Positions 29,679 through 40,166 are shown, counted from the first letter of the stretch. The stretch is 64,000 nt of DNA from an uncultured Acidobacteriota bacterium (GCA_963828465.1 CAWHEU010000022.1:448001-512000); one strand, 5' to 3'. Notes: generated by a model not told the origin, from the sequence alone. Made by a program: numbers and translations.

Positions 29679-30260
29679 TTGGCCATCGACACCAAGAGCA
29701 CGCCGACGGAGCGATCACGGGCTCCGCGATTTCTGGTGTGGTTGCTTGCGCTGGCGGTCGTGGGGGTGGCCGGCGTCTTGTTGACGCTTGTCTGGTTCGT
29801 CGGCCCATCGACCCATGCGATGGAAACCGTCCCGCCCGCTGATGCAGTGGTGCTGTTCGCCGGAGCTACCGACCGTCTCGACACAGCCGTGCAGCTCATG
29901 GAGAACGGAGCTGCTCCGAGCCTGGTCATCCCCAACGGGACGGACATCGAGGACGCCGAGGATCTCTGCGAGGGAGAGGCCTCCTTCGAGGTCGTCTGCC
30001 CCACCACCGACGAAGTGACGACAGCCGGCGAGGCTCGCGCAATAGGCCAGATCGCCGGTGAGAGGGGTTGGTCGAGCCTGATCGCGGTCACATCGGTCTA
30101 TCACGTCCATCGGGCCACCTACTTGTTGGGCCGCTGCTACGACGGCCCGGTCGATGTGGTGACACCGTCGCAAGGTCTGGGTTTGGGGGACTTGGTCGAC
30201 AAGATCCCCCATGAATGGGTCGGATTCCTGGGCGCCGTAGTGCTCCAGCCCGCCTGCTGA
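29679..30260 (+). CDS. YdcF/DUF218 family protein
   Basis: N-terminal TM, ADAVVLFAG, TTAGEA, VTSVYHVHRA, HEW. Confidence 0.82.
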   Translation: MAIDTKSTPTERSRAPRFLVWLLALAVVGVAGVLLTLVWFVGPSTHAMETVPPADAVVLFAGATDRLDTAVQLMENGAAPSLVIPNGTDIEDAEDLCEGEASFEVVCPTTDEVTTAGEARAIGQIAGERGWSSLIAVTSVYHVHRATYLLGRCYDGPVDVVTPSQGLGLGDLVDKIPHEWVGFLGAVVLQPAC

Positions 30261-30291
30261 ACCGCTGCCTTCATGGCACACTGACTCTCCA

Positions 30292-30573
30292 ATGACGACA
30301 ACGACCAGCACATGGCCGGCGGGCCGCGTTCTCGCCCTGATCGGCCTCATCCTCTACGTCGTCACCGGTGTGTTCCCCTATCTGGCCTCCGGTCTGGTGG
30401 CGCCGTTGTGGGGCATCGCCGTCCTATATGCGGGCTGGTTGGTGGGATTGTGGGTGACGATCCAGCTCTTCCGCCGCGCTTCGCCATGGGCCCTCGCGAT
30501 GCAGGTCGCCGCTGTCGCCTTCTGGTGGCTCGTCGTGTCGCTAGGGGAGTCGGTCTTCGGCTGGACTGCCTAG
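30292..30573 (+). CDS. Small membrane protein
   Basis: Three hydrophobic helices, ASGLVAP.W and C-terminal GWTA. Confidence 0.7.
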   Translation: MTTTTSTWPAGRVLALIGLILYVVTGVFPYLASGLVAPLWGIAVLYAGWLVGLWVTIQLFRRASPWALAMQVAAVAFWWLVVSLGESVFGWTA

Positions 30574-31563
30574 TCAGGGTGTCGAGACTCGGCGGCCGGT
30601 CTCGAATGATTCGATCGACGCATGGGCCAGCTCCAGCGCACGATGCCCGGTACGGGCGTGTATCGGTGGCTCAGCTCCACCCGTGAAGGCCGGGATCAAC
30701 TCGTCGAGATGTCGATCGAACATGTCATGGAAGTCGCGGTCCCGATCGTTGAAGTAACCGGCCTCCCATACGGTGGAGTTCTCGTCTCCGGCCCTGCTCG
30801 AGACGAATCGTCGGACGGTGTCTTCCACGAGCACCCGGCCATTCGTGCCATTCACCTCTAGATAATGGGTGTTGGGGTATGCGTAGGAGGAGTCATAGCT
30901 CCCGACCAGACTCCCTACCGCCCCGCTGGCGAAGCTCAAGGCGATAGCCATCGTCGAGTTCCCGTGACCGGTGAGGTTGTCGACCATCTGAGCCATCACG
31001 CTGTCGATCGGGCCGCACAGATGCTCGAGCATGTCGAATCCGTGGCACTGGGTCTCGATGAGATTGGCTTGAGGATGCTCGCTCGTCCCGGGTTCCCCAC
31101 CAAACCTCCAGGTTGCAAACACGATCTCGCCCAGCTCCCCGTTCTCGATCGCGGCCCGGGCGCGGATGACCGGGACCGCGTAACGGTGGTTGAAGTTGAT
31201 CGCAAAGAACAGCGAACGCTTCTCGGCTTCCGCTAATAGACGTTGGGACTCCTCGACGTCGAACACGAACGGCTTCTCGACGAGCAGTGGAAAGCCGGCC
31301 TCGATGGTTTGCAAAGTCGTCTCGAAATGATGCTCATTGGGTAGGCAGAGAGAGACGAGATCCGGGTTCTCCTGTTCGAGCATCTCATGAAGGTCGAGAT
31401 ATGGCGTGGTGCCGAACTCGGCGGCTCGGCTCTCGGTCTTCTCTTTGGTTCGACCCACCACTGCCACGAGTTCGCAGTCAGTGCGCCTACTAAACAGCCG
31501 GGCGTGCTCGCGGCCCCACCATTCGCCGGTCCCGACTACGCCGACACGCACTTTCTCAGTCAT
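30574..31563 (-). CDS. Gfo/Idh/MocA family oxidoreductase
   Basis: Rossmann VGVVGTG, LPNEHH, VEKP, NFNHRY, HGFD. Confidence 0.9.
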   Translation of the reverse strand: MTEKVRVGVVGTGEWWGREHARLFSRRTDCELVAVVGRTKEKTESRAAEFGTTPYLDLHEMLEQENPDLVSLCLPNEHHFETTLQTIEAGFPLLVEKPFVFDVEESQRLLAEAEKRSLFFAINFNHRYAVPVIRARAAIENGELGEIVFATWRFGGEPGTSEHPQANLIETQCHGFDMLEHLCGPIDSVMAQMVDNLTGHGNSTMAIALSFASGAVGSLVGSYDSSYAYPNTHYLEVNGTNGRVLVEDTVRRFVSSRAGDENSTVWEAGYFNDRDRDFHDMFDRHLDELIPAFTGGAEPPIHARTGHRALELAHASIESFETGRRVSTP

Positions 31564-32677
31564 GGGTCGAATCTTCGTCGCTTTGCGCTGGCCACGACGC
31601 TCGCAGATGCGCCGCGGCTCGCTCCGGGACGACGTCGTTGATGAAGGCCCCGGCTGCGGATTCGCTGGAAGCCAGGTATTTCAGCTTCCCCGGCGCTCTC
31701 CTCGGCGAGACCACCTCGATACGAAGATGAGCGAGGTCGCGCATCTCATGTACGGGAGCCTGAAACACCGTCGAGAGATAGGGGATCTGCTCTCCGAATA
31801 GCCCGTCGAACGCCGCGGTGACATCGGCCTGGAGACGAAGGAGCTCGCCGCGCTCCTCCCGACTGAGGTCGGCGAGATCAGCGAGATGTTTTCTTGATTG
31901 AATGTGGATCTCATACGGCCAACGGGCGGCGGAGGGCACGTATGCAACGAAGTTCGCCGTCTCGCCGACGATGCGCCGCCCATCCTCCAACTCGGCGTCG
32001 AGGACCGCACAAAACAGGCATTTGTCGTAAGCGGACTTGTAGCGAGCGGCCGCATCGAGGGACCTTCGCGGCTTGGGCGGAATGAATGGATAGGCGTAGA
32101 TCTGGCCGTGAGGATGATGGAGGGTCACCCCGACATCGGAGCCTCGATTCTCGAACACCAGGACGTACTCGACACCAGGGATCTGGGACAGCGCTTGGGT
32201 CCGATCGACTATCGAATCGGCGATCGTGCTCAGTCGGTCATCTGACAGATATGAGAAAGAAGTCTCGTGGTCGCTGCTGAAACAGATGACCTCGCATTGG
32301 CCCACGCCACCGGCTACTGCGAGTAGACCGCTGTCGCTCGTGGTCTCGGGCAACGGCGTCAGTGATGGGAATCGGTTCTCGAAAACGACGACGTCATAGT
32401 CGGCTGCCGGGATCTCGGTGGCGTGGCCGGGGGTGCTTGGGCAGAGCGGGCACTCGTCGAGGGGAGGGAGATGTGTTCTCTCCTGACGATGCGACGCCAC
32501 TATCACCCACTCCTCCTGGAGCGGATCGAAACGCAGTTCGGGATCGATAGAGGACTCCGCCAGATCCCGTGTGTCGAGTTCCGGATGGCCATGGCTGGCT
32601 CGGTCGTCGAAATAGATGAGGGCGCGGCCATCAGCGAGGCTGGTCGAAGTCTTGGCCACGGGACGAGCAGCCACCAT
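31556..32677 (-). CDS. galT: Galactose-1-phosphate uridylyltransferase
   Basis: HRQER, CPLCP, FENRFP, FENRG, TLHHPHGQIY; true start MVAARP at 32677. Confidence 0.92.
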   Translation of the reverse strand: MVAARPVAKTSTSLADGRALIYFDDRASHGHPELDTRDLAESSIDPELRFDPLQEEWVIVASHRQERTHLPPLDECPLCPSTPGHATEIPAADYDVVVFENRFPSLTPLPETTSDSGLLAVAGGVGQCEVICFSSDHETSFSYLSDDRLSTIADSIVDRTQALSQIPGVEYVLVFENRGSDVGVTLHHPHGQIYAYPFIPPKPRRSLDAAARYKSAYDKCLFCAVLDAELEDGRRIVGETANFVAYVPSAARWPYEIHIQSRKHLADLADLSREERGELLRLQADVTAAFDGLFGEQIPYLSTVFQAPVHEMRDLAHLRIEVVSPRRAPGKLKYLASSESAAGAFINDVVPERAAAHLRASWPAQSDEDSTHD

Positions 32678-32679
32678 CG

Positions 32680-33720
32680 CTACGTGATCCTTCCGGCCCT
32701 GCGGAGCTCGCGCTTGGCGAAGAGGCTTTGAGCCGACACCACGACGATAAGGAATGCGCCACTGACCACGAGCTGGTGGTAGTAGCTCAGAGTCCCGACT
32801 TGGTTGATGAGATTCTCGATCACCCCGAGCAGGAGGACACCGGCAAGAGTTCCGGTCAAGCCACCCGACCCTCCCGTGAGCAGGGTCCCTCCGATGACGA
32901 CCGCGGCGATGGCCTCCAACTCGAAGCCGGCTCCGATGGTCGACAGACCCGAGGAGGACCTGGCGGCGACGAGCAGACCGGCCAAACCGCCGAGGAAGCC
33001 CATAAGTGTGTAGAGGATGAGCTTGACCCTGACCACCCTCACTCCCATCAGGACTGCTGCCTCCTCGGAGCCACCGATGGCGTAGGTGGAGTGGCCGAGT
33101 CGTGTTCGGTAGAGCACCACCATCCCCAGCAGGAGCACACCCAGGGCGATCCAAGCGGGTAGGCCCACCCCCGCGAACGTGGATTGGCCGAGAGATATCA
33201 CCCACTCGCCCTCCGGGATCAGATGAGTGATATTGCCGTTGTCGGATACCTTGAATGCGAGCCCACGTGCGAAGAGCAGACCGGCCAGGGTGACGATGAA
33301 CGGCGGCATGCGGCCTCTGCTGATCAACAGCCCCTGGGTCAGGCCGATGGCGGTGCACACCGCGAGAGGAACGAGGATCGCCGGACCGGAGCCCCACCGA
33401 GCCGAGTATGCGGTCAGAACCGCCCCCAACGCCAGCATCGACCCGACAGACAGGTCGATTCCGCCGCTGATGATGACGAACGTCATGCCCACCGAGATGA
33501 TCAGGAGGAACGAGCTGGCCACGGCCATGCTGGCGAAGTTCCGGGCACTCAAGAAGGTGGTGCCAAACGCAAACGCACCCGCGGCCACCACCACGATGAG
33601 CACAGGGATGGCGGGAGTGCGTCGGAGGTAGGCCAGCGTGGCGGGCACCAGGCTCCTCGGTTCCACCTCGCCTTCCTGTGGCGGAGGCGCCGGGGGTCGG
33701 GAAAGGTCGAGTGCGCTCAC
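32680..33720 (-). CDS. Monosaccharide ABC permease (YjfF-like)
   Basis: GGIDLSVGS, PFIVTLA, ELEAIAAVVIGGT. Confidence 0.9.
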   Translation of the reverse strand: MSALDLSRPPAPPPQEGEVEPRSLVPATLAYLRRTPAIPVLIVVVAAGAFAFGTTFLSARNFASMAVASSFLLIISVGMTFVIISGGIDLSVGSMLALGAVLTAYSARWGSGPAILVPLAVCTAIGLTQGLLISRGRMPPFIVTLAGLLFARGLAFKVSDNGNITHLIPEGEWVISLGQSTFAGVGLPAWIALGVLLLGMVVLYRTRLGHSTYAIGGSEEAAVLMGVRVVRVKLILYTLMGFLGGLAGLLVAARSSSGLSTIGAGFELEAIAAVVIGGTLLTGGSGGLTGTLAGVLLLGVIENLINQVGTLSYYHQLVVSGAFLIVVVSAQSLFAKRELRRAGRIT

Positions 33721-34682
33721 GTGGAGCCTCGGTCCCGCTGGAAATACACCGCAGCGATGATGATCGCCGCCTGGACCATCCTCGCATCCGCGTCGGAGAG
33801 GTCATGTCGTATGAGGGTCGAGAAAACCAGTTGCATGAGGAACGCACCCGCCACGGTTCCCAGGACCCTGACCTTGCCGCCGCTCAGAGGGGTGCCCCCC
33901 ACGACGACGGCAGTGATGGCACTGAGCTCGATCAGGAGACCGACGAAGCTCGGATCGGCGGCGGCCGATCGGGCAGTGACGAGAGTCCCGGCGATTGCGG
34001 CGAAAACCGCGCAGATGACGTAGACGATGAGGACCACCCGCCGAACCGGCAGGCCGGCCCCCAACGCTGCTCGGGGGTTCCCGCCGATGGCGATAACGTT
34101 TCTGCCGAACTGGGTGCGCCTGACAATCAAGGCAGTCACCAGCGCAAGCAGTCCTGCCAGGAGAGCGGCGATCGGTACCCCCAACAGACGGTTCTGTCCG
34201 AGGGCCGCCAGGGTCGGGTCGAAGATCTCGACAAGCCGGCCGCTGGTGAAGGCGAGCGCAATGCCACGTCCGGCCACGAAAAGGCCGAGGGTGGCGATGA
34301 TGGGCTGGATGCCCAGGAAGGCCACGAGAGACCCATTGAGGAGCCCGGCCAGAACCCCGGCCACAAGCGCCATTCCGATGGCGAGCCAAGGGCTCTGTTC
34401 GACGAAGATGGCGACCATCGCTGCAGCCAGCGCCATGACTGCTCCAACTGAGAGATCGATTCCAGCGGTCCCAATGACCAGGGCCATGCCCAGAGCGACG
34501 ATCACTACCGGTGCCACTTGAACGAGCTGGAGCTGCGCATTGCGTAACGACGCGAAGTTTGGGGTTGCGATGAGGTTGAACAGCACGACGGCGCCGAGGG
34601 CCAGATAGACGCCGTTTTCGCGGATGAAACGCCAAGCTTTCTCGGAGGTGACTGCCGGCGCTGGGCTCGTGATGGCTGTCAT
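33717..34682 (-). CDS. Monosaccharide ABC permease (YtfT-like)
   Basis: GIDLSVGA, IQPIIATL, ELSAITAVVVGGT. Confidence 0.9.
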   Translation of the reverse strand: MTAITSPAPAVTSEKAWRFIRENGVYLALGAVVLFNLIATPNFASLRNAQLQLVQVAPVVIVALGMALVIGTAGIDLSVGAVMALAAAMVAIFVEQSPWLAIGMALVAGVLAGLLNGSLVAFLGIQPIIATLGLFVAGRGIALAFTSGRLVEIFDPTLAALGQNRLLGVPIAALLAGLLALVTALIVRRTQFGRNVIAIGGNPRAALGAGLPVRRVVLIVYVICAVFAAIAGTLVTARSAAADPSFVGLLIELSAITAVVVGGTPLSGGKVRVLGTVAGAFLMQLVFSTLIRHDLSDADARMVQAAIIIAAVYFQRDRGST

Positions 34683-36229
34683 GGCGACTCCGGTCGAATG
34701 TCGGTGACAGCATGCGCGATGAGGTCCATGACCGCGTCCTCATGGATGGCCTCGCCTTGGAGCTCGCCGACGACCATTCCTTCCTTGAGGACGAAGACCC
34801 GATTCGATCCCTCGATTACATCCTCGAGTTCTGAAGAGATGAGGATGACCGCTAGACCGCCGACGGCCAGCTCGTCGATAAGGGCCTGGATCTCGGCCTT
34901 GGCCCCGACATCGATTCCCCGGGTGGGCTCGTCGAGGAGCACGACATCGGGGTCGTTGCACAGGAGGCGCGCCAGCAAGACCTTCTGCTGGTTGCCTCCG
35001 GAGAGCTCGCCGACGCTTTGATCCAGATCGGTCACCTTGATCTGAAGGCGATCGACGTACTTGCCGACGATCTCCTCCACCTTGGAGCTCGATACGAAGC
35101 CCCATTTCGCGACCGAACGGCCAGCTGCCAGGGTGATGTTGTCCTTTACTGACATGGTGGGGACGATCCCCTCGGCCTTCCGGTCTTCGGGGAGCAGGCC
35201 AACTCCCTCGGAGACGGCGGCAGCGGGGGAGCCACGCTTGAGGACGACTTGATTCACCTTGATCTCACCATCGTCGAGACGCAGCAACCCAAAGATCCCC
35301 TGAACCGTTTCACTTCGCCCTGATCCCAGGAGGCCGGCAAGCCCGACCACCTCACCAGCACGCACATCCACGCTGACATCAGAGAGGACGCGGTGACGGC
35401 TCAAGCCTGACGCGGCGAGCACCGGTTCGCCGATGCTGCGGCCCTCGATGTCGAACGCGGTCTTACCGGAGGAACGGACGTCTTGGACGTCACGGCCCAA
35501 CATTGTGGCGACGAGCTCGAGCCGGGTGATCTCGGCAACCGGTCCGGTATGGACTCTGCGACCGTCACGTAGGACGGTCACCTGATCGCACAACTCGAAT
35601 ATCTCATCGAGATCGTGACTCACGTAGAGCAGGGCGACGCCGTCGTCGCGGAGGATTCGAATCACCCGAAACAGCTGCTCGACTTCGTTGGGCTCCAGAG
35701 ACGAAGTCGGTTCATCGAGGATCACCACCTTCGCGTCGGTAGATACAGCGCGGACGATGGCGATCATCTGTTGGACGGCGACCCCGACCGAGCCGAGCGG
35801 TCGTCGTTCGTCGACAGATATGCCATATCTACGGAGAAGTCGGGCCGCATCTGCGTTCATCTTCTTGACATCGACGAGGCCGAAACCACGCATCGGCTCC
35901 CGGCCGAGGAGGAGGTTCTGGGCCACGGTCATAAACGGCTCGAGGTTGATCTCCTGGAAGGTGGTGCTGATGCCTGCCTCCCACGCTTGGCGGGGACCGG
36001 CAAATGAAACCGGCTCGCCGTCCAGGCGGAGCTCGCCCTCATCGGCGCGATACACCCCGTTGATCAGCTTGATGAGGGTCGACTTGCCGGCACCGTTCTC
36101 ACCGACGAGAGCGTGAACCTCCCCTCGGTAGATGTCTAGAGAGACCGCATCGAGGGCAATGACTCCCGGAAACCGCTTGGTGAGATCGATCGCTTGGAGC
36201 GTCGGTTCGCCACGGGTCACGGGAGTCAC
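34679..36229 (-). CDS. Monosaccharide ABC ATP-binding protein, two domains (YtfR/RbsA-like)
   Basis: GENGAGKS, DEPTSSL, PEDRK, LSGGNQQK, DEPTRGIDVGAK. Confidence 0.93.
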   Translation of the reverse strand: MTPVTRGEPTLQAIDLTKRFPGVIALDAVSLDIYRGEVHALVGENGAGKSTLIKLINGVYRADEGELRLDGEPVSFAGPRQAWEAGISTTFQEINLEPFMTVAQNLLLGREPMRGFGLVDVKKMNADAARLLRRYGISVDERRPLGSVGVAVQQMIAIVRAVSTDAKVVILDEPTSSLEPNEVEQLFRVIRILRDDGVALLYVSHDLDEIFELCDQVTVLRDGRRVHTGPVAEITRLELVATMLGRDVQDVRSSGKTAFDIEGRSIGEPVLAASGLSRHRVLSDVSVDVRAGEVVGLAGLLGSGRSETVQGIFGLLRLDDGEIKVNQVVLKRGSPAAAVSEGVGLLPEDRKAEGIVPTMSVKDNITLAAGRSVAKWGFVSSSKVEEIVGKYVDRLQIKVTDLDQSVGELSGGNQQKVLLARLLCNDPDVVLLDEPTRGIDVGAKAEIQALIDELAVGGLAVILISSELEDVIEGSNRVFVLKEGMVVGELQGEAIHEDAVMDLIAHAVTDIRPESP

Positions 36230-36283
36230 CGCCCTTGTCGTCGTCGAAATTACCGGAGAGAAGTCTCGCCGCCTCGGGGATTT

Positions 36284-37453
36284 CTAGTAGGCGTTCGCCA
36301 GTTCGGCCTCGGCGTTCTCGGGGGTGTACTCCTTGTCGGAGATGATGGTCACCTCGGGAACTCCTTCCCCGTTGTAGAACAGGTCGAGAGCCCGGAAAGC
36401 GAGCGGTCCGAATCGGGGATTGGACTCGATCACACCGGAGATCCATCCGTCGATGATGCCCTGGACCGCGCCCTGGGTCCCGTCGATGGTGATGATGGCC
36501 ACATCGCCCGGGGCATACCCGGCCGCCTGCAACGCGGCCACCGCCCCAAGCGCCATCTCATCGTTGTGGGCGTAGATCGCGGTGATCTCCGGGTTGCTCG
36601 TGATGAGCTGCTCGGTCACGGTCTGGCCCATGGCCCGCTCGTAGTTGGCGGCCTGTTGTGCGACGATCTCGAGATTCGACCCTTCCGCCTCTAGCTGCTC
36701 GAGGAACCCGTTGTTGCGGTCAGTGGTGACGTTCACACCCGGGGCCCCGAGGAGAATGGCGACATTCCCTTCGTCACCGGTTACGGCCATCATGGCGTCG
36801 GCGGCCCGACGACCCTGCTCGACGAAATCGGAGCCAACCCATCCGATGAAATCGGTGCATGCGGTCTTCGTGGTCAGCTGACGATCGATCGTCATGATCG
36901 GAATGCCCGCCTCTTGGGCGTAGGTGAGCGCGGGGTCCAAGCCTTCGGAATTCAACGGCGAGATGATCAGAGCGTTCGCACCCTGATCCACCATGCTCTG
37001 AATATCCGAGATCTCCTTGTTGAGATCGGATTCGGCATTGGTGGTTATCAACTCGATCCCGAGCTTCTCGGCCTCCGAGACGATTGATTCGGTCTCCGCG
37101 ATGCGGAACGGGTTTGCCTCTCGTTCCGACTGAGCGAACCCGACCAGACCTTCGAGTAGATCGACGTGTTCGACTCCACCGTTGTAGTCCCCGTAGACGC
37201 AGGTCTCACCCTCGGTCCGGTCGACCTGCTGTGCAGCCTCGTCGGTCTCCAGACCGCCCGCCGCCGTAGTCTCCGTGGCCCCTTCAGTCGTGTCGGGTGC
37301 TGCTGTCGTAGCCGGCGCCTCAGTTGTCGCCACACTCGTGTCCGTTGCCCCCGATGTCGTGGTGTCGCCTCCCTCGGTGCCGCAGGCGGCAACGAGGAGA
37401 GCGAGAACCGTGAATAGCACCACGGTCTTCGCCATGGTTCGCTGATGTCGCAT
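36284..37453 (-). CDS. Monosaccharide ABC substrate-binding lipoprotein (YtfQ/galactofuranose-like)
   Basis: Lipobox VAAC; GFAQSE..NPFRIAET.S; AHNDEMALGA; ESNPRFGP. Confidence 0.85.
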   Translation of the reverse strand: MRHQRTMAKTVVLFTVLALLVAACGTEGGDTTTSGATDTSVATTEAPATTAAPDTTEGATETTAAGGLETDEAAQQVDRTEGETCVYGDYNGGVEHVDLLEGLVGFAQSEREANPFRIAETESIVSEAEKLGIELITTNAESDLNKEISDIQSMVDQGANALIISPLNSEGLDPALTYAQEAGIPIMTIDRQLTTKTACTDFIGWVGSDFVEQGRRAADAMMAVTGDEGNVAILLGAPGVNVTTDRNNGFLEQLEAEGSNLEIVAQQAANYERAMGQTVTEQLITSNPEITAIYAHNDEMALGAVAALQAAGYAPGDVAIITIDGTQGAVQGIIDGWISGVIESNPRFGPLAFRALDLFYNGEGVPEVTIISDKEYTPENAEAELANAY

Positions 37454-37707
37454 GGATCATCCTCCTCCGGGTCTTCATGCGTGGCGAGGCTCTACGTCCA
37501 GAAGCGAACGAGAGTTACCAATTACGATCGTTACCGTATCAACTCTGATCAACGGCGTCAACCGGGACCCACACCTTTGCGGCCCTATTCATAGGGCGAT
37601 TTCTGCCGAAGTCGTTGTAGAAGATGATCTGTGTTCAGGGTCGGGAAACTTGCTCATTTATGAACAATAGACTTCACTAACGATCAAATACGGTATAACG
37701 TGATGAC

Positions 37708-38508
37708 ATGATCCCAGCGGAACGAAGAAGGCGCATCCTTTCGAGGACGAGGGCGGCCGGAGTCGTGTCCACCCAAGCGCTGGCCGATGAGCTAGGCGTT
37801 TCTGGGCTGACGGTGCGACGCGACTTGAAGAGAATGGCTGACGAGGGTTTGCTGGTCAGGACTCGAGGTGGTGCCTCGATGAGGGACTCCATGGCCCGGG
37901 AGTTGAGCTATCTCGAGAAAACTGCCGAAGCACACGATGAGAAGATCTCAATCGCCGTGGCAGCCGCCGGGCTGATCGAGGCTGGGGATTCGATCATCAT
38001 CGGGCCCGGCACCTCGACTTTGGAACTGGCCAACCAGATAAAGCTCGTGCCCGATCTCACAGTTGTCACCAATTCCCTGCTTGTAATCGATGCCCTGATG
38101 AATGTCTCGACGATCCAAGTCGAAGCAACCGCCGGCTCGCTCCGGCGTTCCATCCGGGCCTTGGTGGGCCCTCTCACCGAAGAGAGTTTGCGGTCGCTCC
38201 GGGTGAACAAGGTCTTCATGTCGGGGAACGGGCTGTCCCGGGCCCGAGGGCTCACAACCCCGGAGGTGACCGTTGCAGCTTCGGATCGCGCCCTTGCCGG
38301 TGCAGGTGAGCGGAGAGTGGTCCTCGCCGATTACACCAAGATCGGCAAGGACACGATGTGGCAGACGATGAGTGTCGCCGACATCGACATCCTCGTCACT
38401 GACGACAAGGCTCCGGTCGCGGAGCTCGATGCTCTGCGTCGCGATGGGGTCGAAGTGATCGTGGCAAGAGTGGCGGGTCGATCCGCTGCTCGCGACGTCG
38501 ACAGTTGA
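37708..38508 (+). CDS. DeoR/GlpR family transcriptional regulator
   Basis: LADELGVSGLTVRRDL, RTRGGA, VVTNS, DYTKIG. Confidence 0.92.
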   Translation: MIPAERRRRILSRTRAAGVVSTQALADELGVSGLTVRRDLKRMADEGLLVRTRGGASMRDSMARELSYLEKTAEAHDEKISIAVAAAGLIEAGDSIIIGPGTSTLELANQIKLVPDLTVVTNSLLVIDALMNVSTIQVEATAGSLRRSIRALVGPLTEESLRSLRVNKVFMSGNGLSRARGLTTPEVTVAASDRALAGAGERRVVLADYTKIGKDTMWQTMSVADIDILVTDDKAPVAELDALRRDGVEVIVARVAGRSAARDVDS

Positions 38509-38552
38509 CGATTTGACCGCCGGGTCGACACATCCCTGGTCATAATCAGCCG

Positions 38553-40166
38553 ATGCCGAGGTCCACGCCTTGGTGGCGTAGCGCCGTCGTGTACCAGGTG
38601 TATCTGCGCTCCTTCGCCGATGGGAATGGCGACGGGACCGGCGACATTGCCGGCCTCCGGTCGCGTCTTCCCTACATCCGGTCGCTGGGTGTCGACGCCA
38701 TTTGGATAAACCCCTGGTACGTGTCGCCGTTGAACGACGGTGGATATGACGTCGCCGACTATCGCAGGATCGACCCCCGGTTCGGCACGCTAGAGGACGC
38801 GATCGGGCTCATTGAGGAAGCGAACGGTCTCGGGCTGCGCGGTTCTGCTGGATCTGGTGCCCAATCACACATCCTCCGAACACGCTGGTTCCAGGAGGCT
38901 ATTGCGGCCGCGCCGGGGAGTCAGGCTCGCGCCCGCTATCACTTCCGACCTGGCCGTGGCCCGGACGGTGCGCGAGCCGCCGACCGATTGGAGCAGCGAC
39001 TTCGGGGGGTCGAACCTGGAGCCGGGTCGCCGACGGTGAGTGGTATCTCCATCTGTTCGACTCCAGCCAGCCCGACCTCAATTGGGCCAACCCCGAAGTC
39101 AGGGCCGAGTTCGTCGACATCATCAGGTTCTGGCTGGATCGCGGGGCAAGTGGGTTCCGGGTCGACGTGGCCAATGGCCTGGAGAAGGCCCCGACCTACC
39201 CCGATTTCGGTGCCGTCGAGCAAGCCGAAGGGGATCCCCGGTGGGGACCTCCACCCGTACTCCGATCGTGATCCCCTCCACGAGATCGTTCGGGAATGGA
39301 GGAGTGTCGTCGACGAGTATCCCGATGCGATCCTCGTCGCCGAGGCCTGGGTCGAGAATTGGGACAGGCTGGCTCGCTATCTCCGGCCCGATGAGTACCA
39401 CCAGGCGTTCAATTTCGAGTTCATGGAGACACCGTGGGAGGAGGAGGCGATGAGGTCGGCGATCTCCATCGCAGTTCCCACCTCTGCTGCGGTGGGGGCA
39501 GTCCCGACATGGGTGCTCTCCAACCACGACATCGTGCGACAGGTCACCCGGTATGGGCTGCCTCAGACCATGGATGCCAGGGACTGGCTGCTCGATGGCG
39601 ACCGGGAGTTGTTCGATGCCGGGCTGGGCCTACGCCGGGCGAGGGCGGCGGCGCTCCTGATGCTGGGGTTGCCCGGCTCGGCATACATGTACCAGGGTGA
39701 GGAATTGGGGCTTCCCGAAGTGCACGACCTCCCCTTGGAGGTCCTGGACGATCCGACGTACACCCGCTCGGAGCAAACCATGAAAGGCCGTGATGGTTGC
39801 CGGGTCCCAATTCCGTGGACGGCCGAGGGCGCCTCCTTCGGTTTCGGGTCGGACGGGTCGTGGCTGCCCCAGCCGGCGGATTGGGGCGGGCTTTCGGTGG
39901 AATCTCAGGAGGGAGTGCCCGATTCCATGCTCGAGCTCTACCGGGATGCAATTCGGATGCGGGACCATCACCTGGCCGGATCCGAGTCCTTCGAGTGGGT
40001 CGGGGCCGGCGTCGGATGTCTTGCCTTTCAGCGGGAATCGGTCTTGGTGGTCGTCAACTTCGGGCCGAAGGCGGCCGTCATGCCCGAGGGAGAGATCCTG
40101 CTCGCGAGCTCGAGGCTCGTGGAGGACCATCTACCCCCGGACACGACAGTTTGGGTAGGCGTCTGA
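38553..40166 (+). CDS. GH13 alpha-glucosidase with about five internal frameshifts (pseudogene or assembly errors)
   Basis: YQVYLRSFAD, GYDVADY, SNHD and YQGEELG are in the main frame; DLVPNHTS, WYLHLF..QPDLNW and GFRVDVA are in other frames. Confidence 0.85.
   Translation: MPRSTPWWRSAVVYQVYLRSFADGNGDGTGDIAGLRSRLPYIRSLGVDAIWINPWYVSPLNDGGYDVADYRRIDPRFGTLEDAIGLIEEANGLGLRGSAGSGAQSHILRTRWFQEAIAAAPGSQARARYHFRPGRGPDGARAADRLEQRLRGVEPGAGSPTVSGISICSTPASPTSIGPTPKSGPSSSTSSGSGWIAGQVGSGSTWPMAWRRPRPTPISVPSSKPKGIPGGDLHPYSDRDPLHEIVREWRSVVDEYPDAILVAEAWVENWDRLARYLRPDEYHQAFNFEFMETPWEEEAMRSAISIAVPTSAAVGAVPTWVLSNHDIVRQVTRYGLPQTMDARDWLLDGDRELFDAGLGLRRARAAALLMLGLPGSAYMYQGEELGLPEVHDLPLEVLDDPTYTRSEQTMKGRDGCRVPIPWTAEGASFGFGSDGSWLPQPADWGGLSVESQEGVPDSMLELYRDAIRMRDHHLAGSESFEWVGAGVGCLAFQRESVLVVVNFGPKAAVMPEGEILLASSRLVEDHLPPDTTVWVGV

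Noticed and set aside
31556-33847. 763-aa ORF
   Set aside because: Only the last 373 aa are GalT; the rest is an off-frame read of the upstream permease.
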